Shown: piece after piece, positions 33,801 through 42,361 of the stretch
How positions within the stretch are numbered: position 1 is the first letter of the stretch
How the letters are laid out: the number at the start of each line of letters is the position of its first letter
Assembly (NCBI GenBank): GCA_017617715.1
Contig: JAFZVQ010000079.1
Span: forward strand, 15,484 to 79,483
Length of the DNA stretch: 64,000 bases
Origin: Bacteroidales bacterium
GTDB lineage: Bacteria > Bacteroidota > Bacteroidia > Bacteroidales > UBA932
Direction: 5' to 3'
The notes under the pieces: model-generated
What the model was told of the DNA's origin: nothing
What the model saw: the letters and a program-made list of their open reading frames with translations, nothing else
Database searches by the model: none
Program-made: the position numbers and the translations under genes

Positions 33801-34342
33801 TGTTTGACCGTCTTGCTGCCGGTAAACTTAAGCCTCAGGGCTCCGGCAAGGTTGCGGAACTGCATGCTGGTGCCGCTCGCCCACACGGCGGCCGTGATGT
33901 TCGCGCCGTCGCCGAAGCTGCTCTGGATGTAGGTTTGATTCTGCGGCACATTGATGACGACGCTGGAATTGTCGGATGCGGCGTCGACAAGAGCATAAGG
34001 ATACACGGCCACGTAGGGACCGTCCGCAGGAGCTTCGCCGGTGAAGAGCGCCACCTTACCGCCTTCAGACAGTGCTGATTCGGAAGTGGTGAAGCGACCT
34101 CCGGGAGTACCGGCTTCCTGGGCCTCTGAACGCACCCAGATCTCATCGCTGGCGCACCAGAGGATTGGCACCTTGCCGTCGGTAGGGGTGCCCAATGTGG
34201 TCTTGGTCTCCAGCTGCTCGGCAGTGAGGGTGATGACGGGATATCTGCCTCCGGCCGGATCGAGCTGTCCTTTTTCCTTCTCACAGGCGACAGCAGTCAG
34301 CAGGACCAGAAAACAGATTCCACTAAAAAACAATTGTCTCAT
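30884..34342 (-). CDS. Large fimbrillin-like lipoprotein with GLUG repeats and a C-terminal SGNH/GDSL hydrolase
   Basis: Start MRQLFF, lipobox AVAC; TKT..W..D..AVYPY; GGSGTEASPYLI; GDSLST, GGAND, DHY catalytic blocks. Confidence 0.85.
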   Translation of the reverse strand: MRQLFFSGICFLVLLTAVACEKEKGQLDPAGGRYPVITLTAEQLETKTTLGTPTDGKVPILWCASDEIWVRSEAQEAGTPGGRFTTSESALSEGGKVALFTGEAPADGPYVAVYPYALVDAASDNSSVVINVPQNQTYIQSSFGDGANITAAVWASGTSMQFRNLAGALRLKFTGSKTVKQIEISDNNPDFALWGKCTLAIDSGSGVSSVSWANQDAGRNRIVLDCTDGVALGTEATIFYLVVPEGAFAQGFTCTLYDELGQTVKSIITDKAMPVQRNHIIDMSVIAPESVLFSGGSGTEASPYLIATPSDLVQLATLCNGSDAASYNTCFYKQVRDIDMDGVAIGCIGSASGTPFKGSYDGACHTISNLSPTPASSAAAGMFAYTSGATVRDLVIEGYTNNGTNGEQGVIAGHPVNSTFRGIKVNATVDFVKCATGGIVGYMEGGLIDDCHVGGFIHNEDTGTFQSVTVVSCVGGIAGFIQNATISNCSFSGNVTSKGEQLGGIVGQMNGSTVENCIVEDGSTVTGDNYYVGGIAGEMLGTGTIRGCEVQAHVICWYPGAAGIVAWVQSGDITDCVVGSHALVRCGMDQAGGIVAYIYHKNTAQTINISNCTVYCDLAASYSVGGIVGECNPTHNDTKVNIWNCAYLGGEIVDAGYASSKWTMVGGLVAWARMGSTTAELNIVNCFSDPSVIRCDFPQAKEVDMGGFIGEQGGAAASVNIQGCYTTLAYGRALINKQKDIPSDYYNYGALIGLPNTANLDRVYFINSLPALGKTNNGTSTNVEALGVAQMCDGTLLQKLNDFKNSYSGPLALKNWTGGENCYPVLEGMQPNPSTGKKKALRVSLIGDSLSTFDGYAPHGYHSSKASNGYRCHYPTSDGDVTSAAQTYWYILTYELLSNAVWDTNLAFSGTATTRCTNTSYSSQYWYGQDFCTRYIENGGMGSPDIIIINGGANDWAHNIYNILGSQKLERYPTTEPHRPSDAAMNAAYAVADACKTLDEAKALPDDTFIEAYLKLIRMATLQYPHVKIVVLIHDTLTPDVEESLLHIADHYDNCRAVDLYAVNGFNDLGWNFEYLSLGYQPNMPKHDFNWSNITTTGDLRKNCSDHYSAKAMRFIANKIYNEIGSWLESSASYNEDGNGSINDFDNYNGAW

Positions 34343-34358
34343 AGAAAAGGATTTAAAA

Positions 34359-34499
34359 CTACCATGAAAACTCCGTATCGGAGTCCACAAAAGATTCATT
34401 TTCCCCGCTGGGGGACGGATCACAGATTGAGAAAGACATAATCCACGGGCCTGCTTCGCAAAGGGGCGGCCTGTAAGATTGCTTGGAAGAAGTGAACAT
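34359..34499 (-). CDS. Unannotated 46-aa microprotein (YxxP-CEA...ICD)
   Basis: Manual translation MFTSSKQSYRPPLCEAGPWIMSFSICDPSPSGENESFVDSDTEFSW; stop 16 nt before the lipoprotein ATG; paralog at 16507-16644. Confidence 0.75.
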   Translation of the reverse strand: MFTSSKQSYRPPLCEAGPWIMSFSICDPSPSGENESFVDSDTEFSW

Positions 34500-34530
34500 A
34501 ATGATAAGTATTGGATATTAGTTGATTGTA

Positions 34531-35391
34531 TCAGAATTGCACTTTGGCCCAGAGGAAGTAGTGGTCGCTGGGGTAGATGCCGCCCGGAGCATCCTTTATT
34601 ATTTCCGCATCAAGGGCCCGGACGCCGCCGCGGGCATAGATGAAATCGATGCGGCGGCCTTTCTTGCGGTCGAATTTCCAGCCGTGGGCGGTGAAACCGG
34701 TTTCTTCATGGCCGTGGATGGCCTCATACTGGTCCTGCCAGCCGGCAGCGGTCAGAAGGGCATAGGGCTCATCCTTGATGCCGGAATTGAAATCGCCGAA
34801 TAGCAGCTGGGGGAAATCTTCGGCATACTGCGCCGCTTCGGCAACTATCAATTCGGTCTGCCTGGTCTTGGCGAGGGAGTTGATATGGTCCAGGTGGGTG
34901 TCAAGCACGCGGAACTGCCGGCCGGTCTTGCGGTCGCGCAGGCGTACCCAGTTACTATGGCGCGCGCGTGAGGTCTCCCAGGACGAACTGCCTCCTATCA
35001 CAGGGGTCTCCGAGAGCCAGTAACAGCCCTCCGAGATGAGCTCATAACGCTTTTTGCTGAAGAAGATTACGTTCTTGCCTATTAGGTGGTAGCCCTCGGT
35101 CCAGGGATCCATCTCGGGGCCTTCGAAACCGAAGGCAATGTAGCCGGACAGCTTCTTCTTCATGTAGGCATAGGATTCGTAGATTACCTCCTGCATGCAG
35201 ATAATGTCGGGCTTGCGGGACTTTATCACCTTCAGGCAGACGTCCTTCCTGTCATCCCAGCGACGGCCGTCCACTTCATCGGCAGGAAGGCCTGTGATGC
35301 GTATATTGCAGCTCATCAAAGAGTGCGTCGCTTGAGCTGAAGCAAAGCTCCAGGAGAGAAGACTTAAAGCAATAATAAATAAGTGTTTCAT
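34531..35391 (-). CDS. Secreted endonuclease/exonuclease/phosphatase family protein
   Basis: Signal peptide; SCNIR, QE, THLDH, GDFN, IDFI, SDH. Confidence 0.9.
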   Translation of the reverse strand: MKHLFIIALSLLSWSFASAQATHSLMSCNIRITGLPADEVDGRRWDDRKDVCLKVIKSRKPDIICMQEVIYESYAYMKKKLSGYIAFGFEGPEMDPWTEGYHLIGKNVIFFSKKRYELISEGCYWLSETPVIGGSSSWETSRARHSNWVRLRDRKTGRQFRVLDTHLDHINSLAKTRQTELIVAEAAQYAEDFPQLLFGDFNSGIKDEPYALLTAAGWQDQYEAIHGHEETGFTAHGWKFDRKKGRRIDFIYARGGVRALDAEIIKDAPGGIYPSDHYFLWAKVQF

Positions 35392-35392
35392 A

Positions 35393-36535
35393 TTAACTCA
35401 AGAATCCTAGCAATATACCTGCGGCCACTGCGGAACCGATGACTCCGGCCACATTGGGAGCCATTGCATGCATCAGAAGATGGTTGTTGGGGTTGGCCTC
35501 CCGGCCGGCCACCTCGGACACGCGGGCGCTGTCGGGTACGGCCGACACACCGGCATTTCCGATAAGCGGATTGATCTTGCGTTCCGGGCGGAGGAACAGG
35601 TTCCAGATCTTTACGAAAAGGACGCCGCAGGTGGTGGCGATGATGAACGACACCAGGCCGAGTGCGAAAATCTTCAGGGAGTTGCCCGTGAGGAACTCGT
35701 CCGCCTGGGTGGACGCGCCCACGGTGAGGCCTATGAGCGTGGTCACCACGTCGATCAGCGGACCGCCTGCCGTGTTGGCAAGACGCCTGGTGACCCCGGA
35801 TTCCTTCAGCAGGTTGCCGAAGAACAGCATACCCAGCAGAGGCAGGCCTGAAGGCACTATAAATGCGGTGCAGATGAAGCCGACGATGGGGAATATGATC
35901 TTTTCCTTCTGACTCACGTTGCGGGGCTTCGGCATCTCGATCAGACGCTCCTTCTTGGTGGTCAGCAGCTTCATTATAGGTTTCTGTATCACAGGCACGA
36001 GCGCCATATATGAATATGCGCACACTGCGATGGCGCCCATAAGATGGGGAGCCAGTTTGGAACTAAGGAAAATGGCCGTAGGACCGTCCGCGCCGCCGAT
36101 TATGCCTATGGCTCCAGCTTCTGCAGGAGCAAAACCGAGGGCCAGGGCGAGCAGATATGCGCCGAAAATACCGATTTGCGCCGCAGCCCCTATCAGCACC
36201 AGCCGCGGCTGCGAAATCAGCGCCGAGAAATCGGTCATCGCCCCTATGCCCAGGAATATCAGAGGCGGATACCACCCCCACCTGACGCCCTGGTAGAGCG
36301 TGTTGAGCACCGATCCTTCCTCATATACACCTATGTTCAGGCCCGGGAAAAAAGGGATGTTACCAATCACGATGCCGAAGCCTATCGGCACCAGCAGCAG
36401 GGGCTCCCACTCCTTGACTATGCCGAGGGTGATGAAGCCGATGCCTATGGCGATCATCACAAGATGCTGCCAGGTGCAGTTGGCGAATCCGGTGAATTGC
36501 CAGAACTGGCTGAGACTATCGAAGATCTGCTCCAT
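35393..36535 (-). CDS. mmdB: Na+-translocating decarboxylase beta subunit
   Basis: EPLLLVPIGFG, IGIIGGADGPT, AYSYMALVP, HAMAPNVAGVIGSA. Confidence 0.95.
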   Translation of the reverse strand: MEQIFDSLSQFWQFTGFANCTWQHLVMIAIGIGFITLGIVKEWEPLLLVPIGFGIVIGNIPFFPGLNIGVYEEGSVLNTLYQGVRWGWYPPLIFLGIGAMTDFSALISQPRLVLIGAAAQIGIFGAYLLALALGFAPAEAGAIGIIGGADGPTAIFLSSKLAPHLMGAIAVCAYSYMALVPVIQKPIMKLLTTKKERLIEMPKPRNVSQKEKIIFPIVGFICTAFIVPSGLPLLGMLFFGNLLKESGVTRRLANTAGGPLIDVVTTLIGLTVGASTQADEFLTGNSLKIFALGLVSFIIATTCGVLFVKIWNLFLRPERKINPLIGNAGVSAVPDSARVSEVAGREANPNNHLLMHAMAPNVAGVIGSAVAAGILLGFLS

Positions 36536-36978
36536 TACCCGATTCTAAGGATTTCTGCGCCTTCCAGAACGGAATCGCCCTTCTGCACGAGAACGGCCGA
36601 CACGACGCCGTCGTCATCAGCCTGTATCTCGTTTTCCATCTTCATGGCCTCCAGCACAGCCACTTTCTGCCCTTTCTTTACGGGCTGGCCTTCCTTGACA
36701 TCCACGCTGATAATCACTCCGGGAAGGGGAGAGCACACGGTGAATCCCTTGCCGGAAGGAGCCGGAGCCGCTTTTGCCGGAGCGGCGGACTCTGAAGGCT
36801 GAGGGGCAGGCGCCACCGGCTGTGCGGGTGCGGCAACAGGAGCTGCGGCGGGCGCTTCATTGTCAAGCTCCACGCTGTAACCCACGCCGTTGACCGTCAG
36901 GTCCGCGTTCTTTCCTTCTATGTTGTTGATGGTGACGGTGTAGTCCTTGCCGTCGATTTTGAACTTGTAGGTCTTCAT
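36535..36978 (-). CDS. mmdC: Biotin carboxyl carrier (gamma) subunit
   Basis: EAMKM biotinylation motif; Ala/Pro linker. Confidence 0.93.
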   Translation of the reverse strand: MKTYKFKIDGKDYTVTINNIEGKNADLTVNGVGYSVELDNEAPAAAPVAAPAQPVAPAPQPSESAAPAKAAPAPSGKGFTVCSPLPGVIISVDVKEGQPVKKGQKVAVLEAMKMENEIQADDDGVVSAVLVQKGDSVLEGAEILRIG

Positions 36979-37370
36979 ATCTTGGAAGTTGTTTTTCTGA
37001 ATGTAAGGGATTTACTGGCCCATTCCGAAGCCGGATTGCGGCGTATCGTGATGATGCCGGGCTCCGTATCGTGGGCGCACTCCGAATAATACAGATGAAG
37101 TGCGGCTGCAATGGCGGCAGGGACGGCTCCGTCCTCAGCGCCGTAGCGGTCGAGCGCCATGGCTATGGCAGCGGCAGTCGCTTCGTCAGGGGCCTGGCGA
37201 CGGGGCTTGCGCTTGTACTTTCCCGAAAAAATGTTGCCGGAAAGATTATAAATAAGGAACAGGATCAGCAGGGCACAGAACACCACGCTGACCGATATTA
37301 TCGAGAGTGTCCAGCCCTCAGGCACAGGGTGGCTCTGCGCTGAAAGGCTTATGAGCATGATAATTCTCAT
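36975..37370 (-). CDS. OadG/MmdD family decarboxylase subunit
   Basis: Single TM ([11 protein letters not shown]), [17 protein letters not shown]. Confidence 0.85.
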   Translation of the reverse strand: MRIIMLISLSAQSHPVPEGWTLSIISVSVVFCALLILFLIYNLSGNIFSGKYKRKPRRQAPDEATAAAIAMALDRYGAEDGAVPAAIAAALHLYYSECAHDTEPGIITIRRNPASEWASKSLTFRKTTSKI

Positions 37371-38929
37371 AGCGGCAGGTTGTCATGTTTCTTGGCGGGC
37401 ATTTCCTGGCGCTTGTTCGAAAGCACCTCGAAGGCGCGGATCACGCGGAAGCGGGTGTTGCGCGGCTCGATGACATCTTCGATGTAGCCTTTCTGCGCAG
37501 CCTGGTAGGGATTGCAGAAGAGGTCGTTGTATTCCTTCTTCTTCTCTTCGGCCAGGGCAGCCTGTTTTTCGGGATCCGTCTCAGCCTTCAATTCCTTTCC
37601 GTAAAGCACGCCGACGGCTCCGTCTGCGCCCATCACTGCAATGTTCGCAGAGGGCCAGGCATAATTGATGTCGCCACGCAACTGCTTGCAGCTCATGACT
37701 ATATGCGCACCGCCGTAGCTCTTTCGGAGCGTCACGGTGACCTTCGGCACGGTGGCTTCGCCGTAAGCGTACAGGAGCTTGGCACCGTTGGTGATTATGG
37801 CCCCGTATTCCTGCTGCGTGCCGCAGAGGAAGCCGGGGACGTCGACAAGCGTGAGGAGCGGAATGTTGAACGCGTCGCAGAAACGCACGAAACGGGCGGC
37901 TTTGCGGCTGGCGTTGATGTCCAGCACGCCGGCAAGCACGCCAGGCTGGTTGGCCACCACGCCCACGCTGCGTCCACCCACATGGGCGAAGCCGACTATG
38001 ATATTCTTGGCGAAGTCCTTATGGATCTCGAAGAAATCGCCGTCATCCACAATCGTGGCGATGACCTTGTACATGTCGTATGCCTTGTTGGGATTGTCGG
38101 GGATGACGGTGTTCAGGAAATCGTCCGTGCGTCCGACAGGATCCGAAGTCGGCCGCTCCGGAGCAGTCTCCATATTATTCTGGGGGATGAAGCTCAACAA
38201 ACGCTTTACTTTATCTATTGCATCATCCTCTGAATCAGCGGCAAAATGTGCAACACCGGACTTGGACGCATGAACCCTTGCGCCGCCCAGCTGCTCCTGG
38301 TCAACCACCTCTCCGGTGACTGACTTGACGACTGCGGGGCCGGTAAGGAACATATAGCTGGTCTGCTTGACCATAAGGGTGAAGTCGGTCAGTGCAGGGG
38401 AGTACACGGCACCGCCGGCACAAGGCCCCATAATCAGGCTAATCTGCGGTACGACGCCGCTGGAGAGTATATTGCGTTCGAAAATCTCGGCATAACCCGC
38501 CAGTGCGTCAATGCCTTCCTGGATTCGTGCGCCGCCGGAATCGTTGAGCCCTATCACTGGAGCGCCCACGCGCACGGCGGCATCCATCACTTTGCAAATC
38601 TTTTCGGACATGGTCTTGCTGAGTGAACCGCCATTTACCGTGAAGTCCTGTGCAAACACGAAGACCAGGCGGCCGTCGATAGTGCCCTGGCCGGTCACGA
38701 CTCCGTCGCCGTCGGGGTGGGATGCATCCATTCCGAAATTTGCGCAGCGATGCTGCACGAACATATCGAACTCTTCGAAGCTGCCAGGATCGAGAAGCTT
38801 GGCCAGTCGCTCCCGGGCAGTCAGCTTGCCCTTGGCGTGCTGGGCTTCGATGCGCTTGAGACCGCCTCCCAATTTGGCAGATTCGCGTCTTTCGACCAAT
38901 TCTTTGATCTTTTCTTGTTGAATATCCAT
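37367..38929 (-). CDS. mmdA: Acyl-CoA carboxyltransferase (methylmalonyl-CoA decarboxylase alpha)
   Basis: [36 protein letters not shown]; followed by delta/gamma/beta. Confidence 0.92.
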   Translation of the reverse strand: MDIQQEKIKELVERRESAKLGGGLKRIEAQHAKGKLTARERLAKLLDPGSFEEFDMFVQHRCANFGMDASHPDGDGVVTGQGTIDGRLVFVFAQDFTVNGGSLSKTMSEKICKVMDAAVRVGAPVIGLNDSGGARIQEGIDALAGYAEIFERNILSSGVVPQISLIMGPCAGGAVYSPALTDFTLMVKQTSYMFLTGPAVVKSVTGEVVDQEQLGGARVHASKSGVAHFAADSEDDAIDKVKRLLSFIPQNNMETAPERPTSDPVGRTDDFLNTVIPDNPNKAYDMYKVIATIVDDGDFFEIHKDFAKNIIVGFAHVGGRSVGVVANQPGVLAGVLDINASRKAARFVRFCDAFNIPLLTLVDVPGFLCGTQQEYGAIITNGAKLLYAYGEATVPKVTVTLRKSYGGAHIVMSCKQLRGDINYAWPSANIAVMGADGAVGVLYGKELKAETDPEKQAALAEEKKKEYNDLFCNPYQAAQKGYIEDVIEPRNTRFRVIRAFEVLSNKRQEMPAKKHDNLPL

Positions 38930-38979
38930 ATTAACAAAAATGTTAATAGTTTTAACAAATATGTTTTATCTTCTTATTA

Positions 38980-39456
38980 TCAACTATTTACTAAGCTTAT
39001 CGCATTTTTCTCCAAAAAACGCAGTGCAACGACTGCAAAGCGCCTGATATTCGCTTTTCGGTCTTTGTTCCACTGGTAAAGAAGGGTATTTGTGCCCCTC
39101 GGACCGGCCACTCCGATCCACACTGTGCCCTCGGGATAGTGATCGTCGGGTCCTTCAGTCAGGCCGGTGGTGGCTACTGCGAAGGTGCTGCCCGTCAGGG
39201 CGCGAACACCCTCGGCCATGGCAGCCGCTACTTCCGAACTGACTACGCCGTTCTGTTTGATCACTTCAGGCGGCACACCCAGGACCTTTTCCTTGACTGA
39301 AACGGCATAAGAAGTCACTGAACCGAGATAGTAGGCGGATGAACCAGATACTGTGGTCAAAAGATGGGAAATCTGGCCGCCGGTGCATGATTCAGCGGCG
39401 CTTAGTGTCCATCCCTGCTTTTTGAAAAGCAATCCCAGTCTCTCTTCAACTTTCAT
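38980..39456 (-). CDS. CinA C-terminal / NMN deamidase family
   Basis: AESCTGG, GSSAYYLG, VSSEVAAAMAEG. Confidence 0.92.
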   Translation of the reverse strand: MKVEERLGLLFKKQGWTLSAAESCTGGQISHLLTTVSGSSAYYLGSVTSYAVSVKEKVLGVPPEVIKQNGVVSSEVAAAMAEGVRALTGSTFAVATTGLTEGPDDHYPEGTVWIGVAGPRGTNTLLYQWNKDRKANIRRFAVVALRFLEKNAISLVNS

Positions 39457-40247
39457 TTTTCCTTGGATGCAAGATATTTGAGAATCTTCCCGACAAGGCG
39501 TGGCCCTTCGCGAACAAGGCCCATGCGCACCTCCACCAGGGAAGCACCGGCCTGCAGGGCCTCATGGGCCTGCTCCGGGGTCTTTATGTGGCAATTGGCT
39601 ATGATGGGCAGGCGGGCCTTTGCCTTTTCAGTGATATAACGTATCTGACTGATGCTGCGGGCCTCTATGCCGTCTATATTGTTCATCAGGCAATAGTCCA
39701 CGATATCGTCGATCTGTTCGCTGGATAGCTCCTCCGGGATCTTCACGACAATGGGCTTATAGGCTTCGTAGGTCAGCCTAGCGTCGAGCAGGGACTCGAA
39801 AATGTCCATATCCGGATTCTCCGAGATATCGATCACGAAGAAGTCACAGAAGTCATACGCGAGGCAGAAAGAATCAAGGTAATCCCCGGAAATGCATGCC
39901 GCAAGTATGTCATCCTGAGGATCAGCCTGGAGACGGGCAATGGCTTTGCGTATGGCTGAAAGCTCCTTGAACGGGCCTATTTCCACGAAACTGAAGCCCA
40001 GGTCGTTGAGATCGTTATAGAGGTCGCCGTTGACGTCGAGACCGGCTCCCAGGCCCACTGGATTGTAGAAATCGAGACCGAACACAACCTTTTCCAGGCC
40101 GACTGCTCGATTGCCGTGGATAAGACGGCTTAGGATGCGGCCGCCCGGAATCTTGCCCTCCAGCTTGAAATAGCGGAGAGCAATTGCGGAAGCTTTGTTG
40201 TTGTCCTTGATCCGCCGGGTGAGTGGTCTGATCAGAAAGCTGTACAT
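39453..40247 (-). CDS. Dihydroorotate dehydrogenase (class 2)-like, degenerate
   Basis: NPVGLGAGLD, GFSFVEIG, PIVVKI, AGASLV; substrate-binding motifs absent. Confidence 0.7.
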   Translation of the reverse strand: MYSFLIRPLTRRIKDNNKASAIALRYFKLEGKIPGGRILSRLIHGNRAVGLEKVVFGLDFYNPVGLGAGLDVNGDLYNDLNDLGFSFVEIGPFKELSAIRKAIARLQADPQDDILAACISGDYLDSFCLAYDFCDFFVIDISENPDMDIFESLLDARLTYEAYKPIVVKIPEELSSEQIDDIVDYCLMNNIDGIEARSISQIRYITEKAKARLPIIANCHIKTPEQAHEALQAGASLVEVRMGLVREGPRLVGKILKYLASKEK

Positions 40248-40302
40248 AACAAGCTGAGTTCAGACAACAAATATAATAAATTAAGGCGAAAGAAGGAAAC
40301 GG

Positions 40303-40635
40303 CTAACGGATTTCACGGAAAGTTCCGTCTTTGTAGAACACTATGACACGCTCGATTTCCGGCGCTGCCGTGATTTCTTCTTCAAATAATGAGTTCTCAG
40401 GCAGTTCAGAGGGGGAGTCCGGAGCGCTTTTGTACATCTTTCCACGTCCGGTGACAAGCCAGTCAAGATTCAATCCAGGATACTGGCGGGCCATTTTCTC
40501 TATGAAATCAAAGCCAGGCTTGTTACGGCCGGAGATCATGTGCGAGATGCTCGCACGGGCCACGCCAAGGCTGTCGGCGAGCTGCGACTGGGTGATGTTT
40601 TCAGCGGCCAGAAATCGAAGTAACCTTTCGTGCAT
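40303..40635 (-). CDS. XRE family helix-turn-helix regulator
   Basis: ITQSQLADSLGVARASISHMISGRNKP; IERVIVFYKDGTF. Confidence 0.9.
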   Translation of the reverse strand: MHERLLRFLAAENITQSQLADSLGVARASISHMISGRNKPGFDFIEKMARQYPGLNLDWLVTGRGKMYKSAPDSPSELPENSLFEEEITAAPEIERVIVFYKDGTFREIR

Positions 40636-41125
40636 TTTTCATTCCGTTTGTGTTACAAAAGTAAAGAATTGATTTGAATAAAACAAATATCATTTATCAG
40701 CAGCAGGGGAGTAATGGGATTAAATATGGCCATTTCGCCACATTATTCAATAGTTTAGTTGATAGATGTATATTATTTATTTTTAAATATTTATCAATAA
40801 CAATCAGTACAAATAATTGATTGGTCAAAAGCTTGCGATAAGCACTTCGGGAAAAATCCTCCTATAAAACCTAAATACAAATATTATATAATTATCATAA
40901 ATAATTGGTTTTCAATATAATATATTATTTATTGATTTGTTATTATAATTCTTAATAGCACTAGATTGGCGATTATTGGTTTTGTGAATCACGGCAGATT
41001 ATTGTTTACAAACGTAAATATCAATGTGATTGATTTTGTTTCATTTTGTAAACCGAGATTATTCAGCACACGAGATCATGGAATTGTGACGACCGTTTAG
41101 TATATTTGCGTAAAATTGAAAACAG
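40636..41125. promoter_or_regulatory. AT-rich divergent intergenic region with TTAC-N4-GTAA palindromes
   Basis: ~490 bp strongly AT-rich; palindromes at 40653-40664 and 41005-41018; TATATTTG at 41101-41108. Confidence 0.6.
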
Positions 41126-42328
41126 ATGATACCTGATATACGTATTGAGGATTACAGTTACGACCTGCCGGACGAGAGGATTGCCAAATATCCGCTTGAA
41201 CGCAGGGACGCGTCGAAATTACTGATCTACAAAGACGGCCGATGCTCTGATGATATCTTCCGCAATCTGCCGGATTATCTTCCGGAACACTCCATTATGG
41301 TGGTCAACGACACCAAAGTCGTCCCCGCGAGACTGTTTTTCCGCAGGCAAAGCGGCGCTCATATCGAAATTTTCTGCCTGCAACCGGTTGAACCGGCCGA
41401 ATATGTCAAGGCTTTCGATGCCACAGGAGCATGCAAATGGCAGTGTGTAATCGGCAATTCCAAGCGCTGGAAAGACGATACCTTATATTATGATACAGAA
41501 GATCCGGAACTCAGGGGCGTGAATCTGCGCGCCAGACTGATTTCGCGCGAAGGACAGACGGGCGTAGTAGAGTTCGTCTGGGACGGAAGCAAAAGCTTTT
41601 CTGAGGTGCTGGATTTATGCGGCAGGGTGCCCATTCCCCCTTATCTGAACCGTGAGACCGAAGCAATCGACCTGGAACGCTACCAAACCACATATGCCCA
41701 TATAAGAGGCTCCGTGGCCGCTCCTACGGCCGGACTGCATTTCACCCCTGAGACCCTGGCAGCCATAGCAAAGCGCCACATCGAAACCGACAACGTGTGC
41801 CTCCACGTAGGCGCAGGCACATTCCTGCCCGTAAAGAGCTCGCGTGTATCGGAGCATCCTATGCACAGGGAGCCTTTTATCGTGAAACGCAGCCTGTTGG
41901 AACGCCTTGCGGGCAGGGACTGCACCCTGACTGCGGTCGGCACCACATCCGTGCGCACACTTGAATCCCTGTATTATGCAGGCGCCTCCTGCATCGAGAA
42001 GGGTAAGCCGGAAGATGTCGGACAGTGGGATCCATACACTCGCGAGTGGCCGTACGAGACGGAGGAGACGCTCCGGGCTCTCATATCGTACCTTGATGCA
42101 AACGGGCTGGATGAGCTCAAGATTGGTACCCGGATCATAATTGTGCCCGGGTTCCGCTTCCGCATCGTGGACCGCCTTGTGACCAATTTCCATCAGCCCC
42201 AAAGCACCTTGCTGCTGCTTATCAGCGCCTTCGTAGGCGGGGACTGGCACACCATCTACGATTACGCGCTGGAAAACGGTTTCCGTTTTCTCAGTTACGG
42301 CGATTCCTCGTTGCTTTTCAGAAGATAA
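41126..42328 (+). CDS. queA: SAM:tRNA ribosyltransferase-isomerase
   Basis: LP.ERIAKYP, PIPPY, YQT, GSVAAPTAGLHF, TNFHQP, FLSYGD. Confidence 0.96.
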   Translation: MIPDIRIEDYSYDLPDERIAKYPLERRDASKLLIYKDGRCSDDIFRNLPDYLPEHSIMVVNDTKVVPARLFFRRQSGAHIEIFCLQPVEPAEYVKAFDATGACKWQCVIGNSKRWKDDTLYYDTEDPELRGVNLRARLISREGQTGVVEFVWDGSKSFSEVLDLCGRVPIPPYLNRETEAIDLERYQTTYAHIRGSVAAPTAGLHFTPETLAAIAKRHIETDNVCLHVGAGTFLPVKSSRVSEHPMHREPFIVKRSLLERLAGRDCTLTAVGTTSVRTLESLYYAGASCIEKGKPEDVGQWDPYTREWPYETEETLRALISYLDANGLDELKIGTRIIIVPGFRFRIVDRLVTNFHQPQSTLLLLISAFVGGDWHTIYDYALENGFRFLSYGDSSLLFRR

Positions 42329-42361
42329 TTCTATATTTTTGCATTGTCAAAAACAGAAGCC

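Noticed and set aside
34343-34423. Upstream extension of the 1179-aa ORF
   Set aside because: The signal peptide begins at MRQLFF (34342); the extension overlaps the microprotein in another frame
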